In this document: positions 35,162 through 38,240 of the stretch, one piece after another
Position numbering within the stretch: the stretch's first letter is position 1
How the letters are laid out: the number at the start of each line of letters is the position of its first letter
Origin: an uncultured Clostridia bacterium
GTDB lineage: Bacteria; Bacillota; Clostridia; TANB77; CAG-508
Length of the DNA: 38,240 nucleotides
Direction: 5' to 3'
Assembly: GCA_947628015.1 (NCBI GenBank)
Contig: CANQYG010000002.1
Span: 1-38,240 of the forward strand
Translations under genes and position numbers: made by a program
The notes under the pieces: model-generated
Seen by the model: only the letters and a program-made list of their open reading frames with translations
Databases searched by the model: none
Told to the model about the DNA's origin: nothing

Positions 35162-36667
35162 ATGGGATTAATTAAAGCAGCTGTAAGTGCAGTATCAAGT
35201 ACACTAGGAGATCAATGGAAGGAGGCCATTCGTTGTGATGATATGACAGGTGATGTTTTAATGGTAAGAAAAACAACACCAACAGGAGTTATAACAAATG
35301 GAAGTACAATAATAGTAGCACCAGGCCAATGTGCAATATTATATGATAATGGAAAGGTAATTGACGCAACAGCAGAAGATGGAATTTACAAATTTGACGA
35401 ATCATCATCACCATCTTTCTTTGCAGGACAATTTAAAGAAACATTTAAAGAAATGTGGTCAAGATTTACATATGATGGAGCAACATCAAAACAACAAGCA
35501 GTATTTTTCTTCAATTTAAAAGAAATAATGGATAATAAATTTGGAACATCAACACCAATACCATTTCAAGATTGGTCACATCCAATACCAAATAGAATGA
35601 CAAACACAATGTCACCATTAAGTGTAAAAGTACGTTGCTATGGAACATATACATTTAAAATAGATAATCCTGCAGTATTTATGCAAGAACTAGCTGGAAC
35701 AGCAGATATATATTATACATCTTCAGTAGTTGGACAAATGAGAAGTGAAGTTATAGCAGCATTCCAAAATGTATTAAATGAGCTAGGAAATTCAGAGCAT
35801 AAAGTTCCAGTTTTAGAAATGCCAAGTCAAACAGATGAAATGAAACAAATGATGGAAGAAAGAATATTTGATGAGCCAATTAGAAGAAGAGGAATAAGAT
35901 TAATAAGTTTCTCAGTAGAATCAGTATCACTAGAAGAAGAATCAGAAAAGAAAATAAATGAATATGAACTAGGTTCAAACTCATATATGCAACAAGGAAG
36001 AATGACAACAGCATATGCAAATGCAGTAGAAAATGCAGCTCAAAATGCAAATGGAGCAGCAAATGGTTTTATGGGGATTGGAATGATGAATATGGCAACA
36101 GGAGGAATGATGGGAGGAAATGCAACATCACCTTGGCAAAATCAAGGACAACAAGGTAATTCAGTAAATTATAACCCTTATGAAAATCAACAACAACCAC
36201 AAGCTCAAAATATGACACAAGCACCTCAAAATCAAGTGCAAGAAAACGTAATGCAAGGAAATATGCAGCAACCACAAGAAAGCGTGCAACAAGCTACTCA
36301 ACCACAGGTTCAAGAAAATGTATCACCAGAACCTCAAAATCAAGTACAAGAGAGTGTAATGCAAGAAAACATACCACAACCACAAGAAAGCATGCAAGAA
36401 GTTTCACAAGCACAAGTTCAAGAAAATGTACCACAAGAACCTCAAAATCAAGTGCAAGAAAATGTAATGCAAGAAAACATACCACAACCACAAGAAAGTG
36501 TGCAAGAAGCCTCACAACCACAAGTTCAAGAAGTAGCTGAAGAAACACAAAATCAAGTTCAAAGCCCTGAAGAATCTGCAAACGGAAACTTAAAAATGTG
36601 TAAAAGATGTGGAAATATGAACCCATCAAATTCAAAATTCTGTAATAATTGTGGAAATGAACTATAA
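35162..36667 (+). CDS. SPFH-superfamily (COG4260 virion-core-protein-like, YdjI-like) protein with Gln-rich repeats and C-terminal zinc ribbon
   Basis: The N-terminal ~300 aa are globular (IIVAPGQCAILYDNGKVID...). The C-terminus holds 3 x 36-aa Q/P/E repeats and CKRCGN...CNNCGN. Confidence 0.6.
   Translation: MGLIKAAVSAVSSTLGDQWKEAIRCDDMTGDVLMVRKTTPTGVITNGSTIIVAPGQCAILYDNGKVIDATAEDGIYKFDESSSPSFFAGQFKETFKEMWSRFTYDGATSKQQAVFFFNLKEIMDNKFGTSTPIPFQDWSHPIPNRMTNTMSPLSVKVRCYGTYTFKIDNPAVFMQELAGTADIYYTSSVVGQMRSEVIAAFQNVLNELGNSEHKVPVLEMPSQTDEMKQMMEERIFDEPIRRRGIRLISFSVESVSLEEESEKKINEYELGSNSYMQQGRMTTAYANAVENAAQNANGAANGFMGIGMMNMATGGMMGGNATSPWQNQGQQGNSVNYNPYENQQQPQAQNMTQAPQNQVQENVMQGNMQQPQESVQQATQPQVQENVSPEPQNQVQESVMQENIPQPQESMQEVSQAQVQENVPQEPQNQVQENVMQENIPQPQESVQEASQPQVQEVAEETQNQVQSPEESANGNLKMCKRCGNMNPSNSKFCNNCGNEL
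36224..36547 (+). repeat. Three tandem 108-bp coding repeats (PQNQVQENVMQENIPQPQESVQE...)
   Basis: Units start at 36224, 36332 and 36440, each beginning cctcaaaatcaagt. Confidence 0.85.
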
Positions 36668-36676
36668 TATAAAATA

Positions 36677-36753
36677 AAAATACACTTACAAATGTTAGTT
36701 AGCTTAATTAAAAATGGATTAAATTTTAAAGTCTAACATTTGTAGTGTATTTT
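36677..36753. terminator. Long hairpin between convergent genes (bidirectional terminator candidate)
   Basis: aaaatacacttacaaatgttag (36677-36698) pairs with ctaacatttgtagtgtatttt (36733-36753) with one bulge. It is flanked by A- and T-tracts. Confidence 0.6.
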
Positions 36754-36812
36754 ATTAAATTTGAGAGTATAAAGTTCTTTATGTGAAATGTACACAAATT
36801 TTTTATATACTC

Positions 36813-37055
36813 TTAAATTTCAACAAGGATTACATTGTCACCAATAGTTCGAATTTTATCCCAAGTAATAACTATATCATTATTAGAGGAAAGAAAGCTA
36901 AATGCTTTAGAAGAACCAGGAACAATAATGGAAGTAATATTACCAGTATTTAAATCTGCACATACATCTTGTACATATCCAAGTCTCTTACCATCAGTAA
37001 TATTAATAACTTCTTTATGTCTAAAATCCATACCCTTTTGTGCCATAAAAATCAT
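36813..37055 (-). CDS. ylmC: YlmC/YmxH-family sporulation protein (PRC-barrel)
   Basis: HKEVINITDGKRLGYVQDVCADLNTGNITSIIVPG motif. The true start may be the internal ATG at 37046, which has better spacing from GGAAGGA. Confidence 0.8.
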   Translation of the reverse strand: MIFMAQKGMDFRHKEVINITDGKRLGYVQDVCADLNTGNITSIIVPGSSKAFSFLSSNNDIVITWDKIRTIGDNVILVEI

Positions 37056-37115
37056 TCCTTCCTTATTTTAATTAAAAGTATAAATAGAAAAACTAAATAC
37101 TCTTAATAAAATATA

Positions 37116-37889
37116 TTACTTGTAAGATCTTTTTATGTGACTAATAGCACTTTTTTCTAATCTTGAAACTTGAGCTTGAGAAATTCCAATTTCATCAGCA
37201 ACTTCCATTTGAGTTTTGCAATCAAAAAAACGTTTTTGAATAATAGTCATTTCTTTATTAGATAATTTTTTCATTGCTTCTGCAATAGAAATATCTTCAG
37301 CCCAATGTTCATCTGTATTTTTCTTATCACTAATCTGGTCAATTATACATAAATTATCAGTATCATTACCAGAAACAGATTCTTGCAATGAAACAGGATC
37401 CTGAATAGCATCTAGGCTAAAAGCAATTTCTTCTTTAGTAGTACCTAACTCTTTTGCAATTTGCTCTATAGTAGGTTCAACTTGATTTTCTTTTGAAAAT
37501 TTATCTTTAACCATTAAAGCCTTATAAGCTAAATCTCTAGTAGAGCGACTAACTCTAATTGGATTATTATCTCTTAAATACCTCCTTATTTCACCTATAA
37601 TCATAGGAACAGCATAAGTAGAAAACTGTACATTTTGTGACATATCAAAATTATCTATAGCTTTAATTAAACCAATACATCCAACTTGAAATAAATCATC
37701 TGCATTCTCATTTCTAGATTTAAACCTTTTTATAACACTTAAAACTAGTTTTAAATTACAATTAATAAACTTTTGCCTAGCATCTGCATCACCATTTTTA
37801 ATCTTTTTTAGAAGTTCATCTTTTTCTTCATTTGATAGCATAGGTAACTTAGAAGTATTAATTCCACAAATCTCTACCTTGTTAATCAA
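37116..37889 (-). CDS. sigG: Sporulation sigma factor SigG
   Basis: NKVEICG..TSKLP, DDLFQVGCIGLIKAIDNFD, FSTYAVPMIIGEIRRYLRDNNPIRVSRS, DAIQDPVSL and TQMEVADEIGISQAQVSRLEK closely match B. subtilis SigG. TTG start after GTGAGGG. Confidence 0.9.
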   Translation of the reverse strand: MINKVEICGINTSKLPMLSNEEKDELLKKIKNGDADARQKFINCNLKLVLSVIKRFKSRNENADDLFQVGCIGLIKAIDNFDMSQNVQFSTYAVPMIIGEIRRYLRDNNPIRVSRSTRDLAYKALMVKDKFSKENQVEPTIEQIAKELGTTKEEIAFSLDAIQDPVSLQESVSGNDTDNLCIIDQISDKKNTDEHWAEDISIAEAMKKLSNKEMTIIQKRFFDCKTQMEVADEIGISQAQVSRLEKSAISHIKRSYK

Positions 37890-38104
37890 ATAAAAGCCCT
37901 CACTTTCAATATATTAATTAAATAGCTAAAATAGAAAATATAAATTTAAAGTTGCTATTTAATATGTATTGCAAAATTATTATTTCCAAAATTAAAAAAG
38001 TATATACAAAAATGTTTTTAATGCATAAAATTTATATAGGGATAAAAAGGAAAAATTATATTACAAAAACTTTACAAAAATAAAAAATATTTGTAAAAAA
38101 ACAC

Positions 38105-38133
38105 TTGACTTAAACTTTTACATGTGGTATTAT
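38105..38133 (+). promoter_or_regulatory. SigA-type extended -10 promoter near the right window edge
   Basis: TTGACT (38105-38110), 17-bp spacer ending in TGg, TATTAT (38128-38133). Confidence 0.5.
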
Positions 38134-38151
38134 TATAATTGTACAGAGGAG

Positions 38152-38203
38152 ATTAGTTAATACACGTAATTGAAAAATTGCCAAAAACTAATTTTTTATT
38201 TTT
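38152..38203 (+). terminator. Hairpin plus T-tract about 20 nt downstream of the 38105 promoter (attenuator or short RNA candidate)
   Basis: attagtt (38152-38158) pairs with aactaat (38186-38192), followed by tttttatttttt. Confidence 0.3.
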
Positions 38204-38240
38204 TGCCCTTTGCTAGTATAAGTAACATAAAAATGTTACA

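Noticed and set aside
33322-36547. Tandem repeats as a possible CRISPR array or non-coding satellite
   Set aside because: Both repeat sets are in-frame coding repeats with no spacers (18-bp DSGSSW units; 108-bp Gln-rich units). No CRISPR-like repeat-spacer architecture occurs anywhere in the window.
36835-37071. Plus-strand 78-aa ORF overlapping ylmC
   Set aside because: It is fully antisense to a well-conserved YlmC/YmxH-family gene. It has no SD and no recognisable motifs.
37890-38000. SigF/SigG-type forespore promoter upstream of sigG on the minus strand
   Set aside because: A CATATTA -10-like element can be read on the minus strand. No acceptable GHATR -35 lies at the right spacing, and it is about 85 nt from the start codon. 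The support is too weak to call.

Overview
Very AT-rich chromosomal segment from an endospore-forming Firmicute (Clostridia-like). Most of it is recognisable core genome. It holds uvrC, an rRNA-modification pair, lspA and yihY. A rearranged dcw cell-wall/division cluster follows: murE-mraY-ftsW-murG, then topA, a Gly-rich protein, an MTAN-like gene and smc, then murA-ftsQ-DUF881-DUF881-sbp-ftsA-ftsZ. The sporulation sigma cluster spoIIGA-sigE comes next. It is separated from an inverted sigG-ylmC pair by a YdjG/YdjI-like (TIM44-like + SPFH) membrane module. The main non-core signal is a dispersed family of three paralogous pilin-like surface-protein genes (917, 3280, 9985), plus a tail-fibre-like gene fragment at the left window edge. 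Each paralog starts with a near-identical 5' module. That module contains a 24-27 bp inverted repeat pair enclosing 138-139 bp. Inside the enclosed segment are a conserved extended -10 promoter pointing away from the gene and a bidirectional hairpin. I read this as a set of fimS-like invertible promoter (phase-variation) switches, all in the apparent OFF orientation. No recombinase gene is present in the window. Two of the three downstream genes carry +1 frame disruptions. Secondary observations: a repeated structured intergenic element after mraY and after ftsW; a possibly leaderless uvrC; a Spo0A-box-like site with phased heptamers upstream of ftsA; and peptide-level tandem repeats in the YdjG/YdjI-like genes. 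All motif, domain and family assignments come from reading the sequence by eye, with no searches run.
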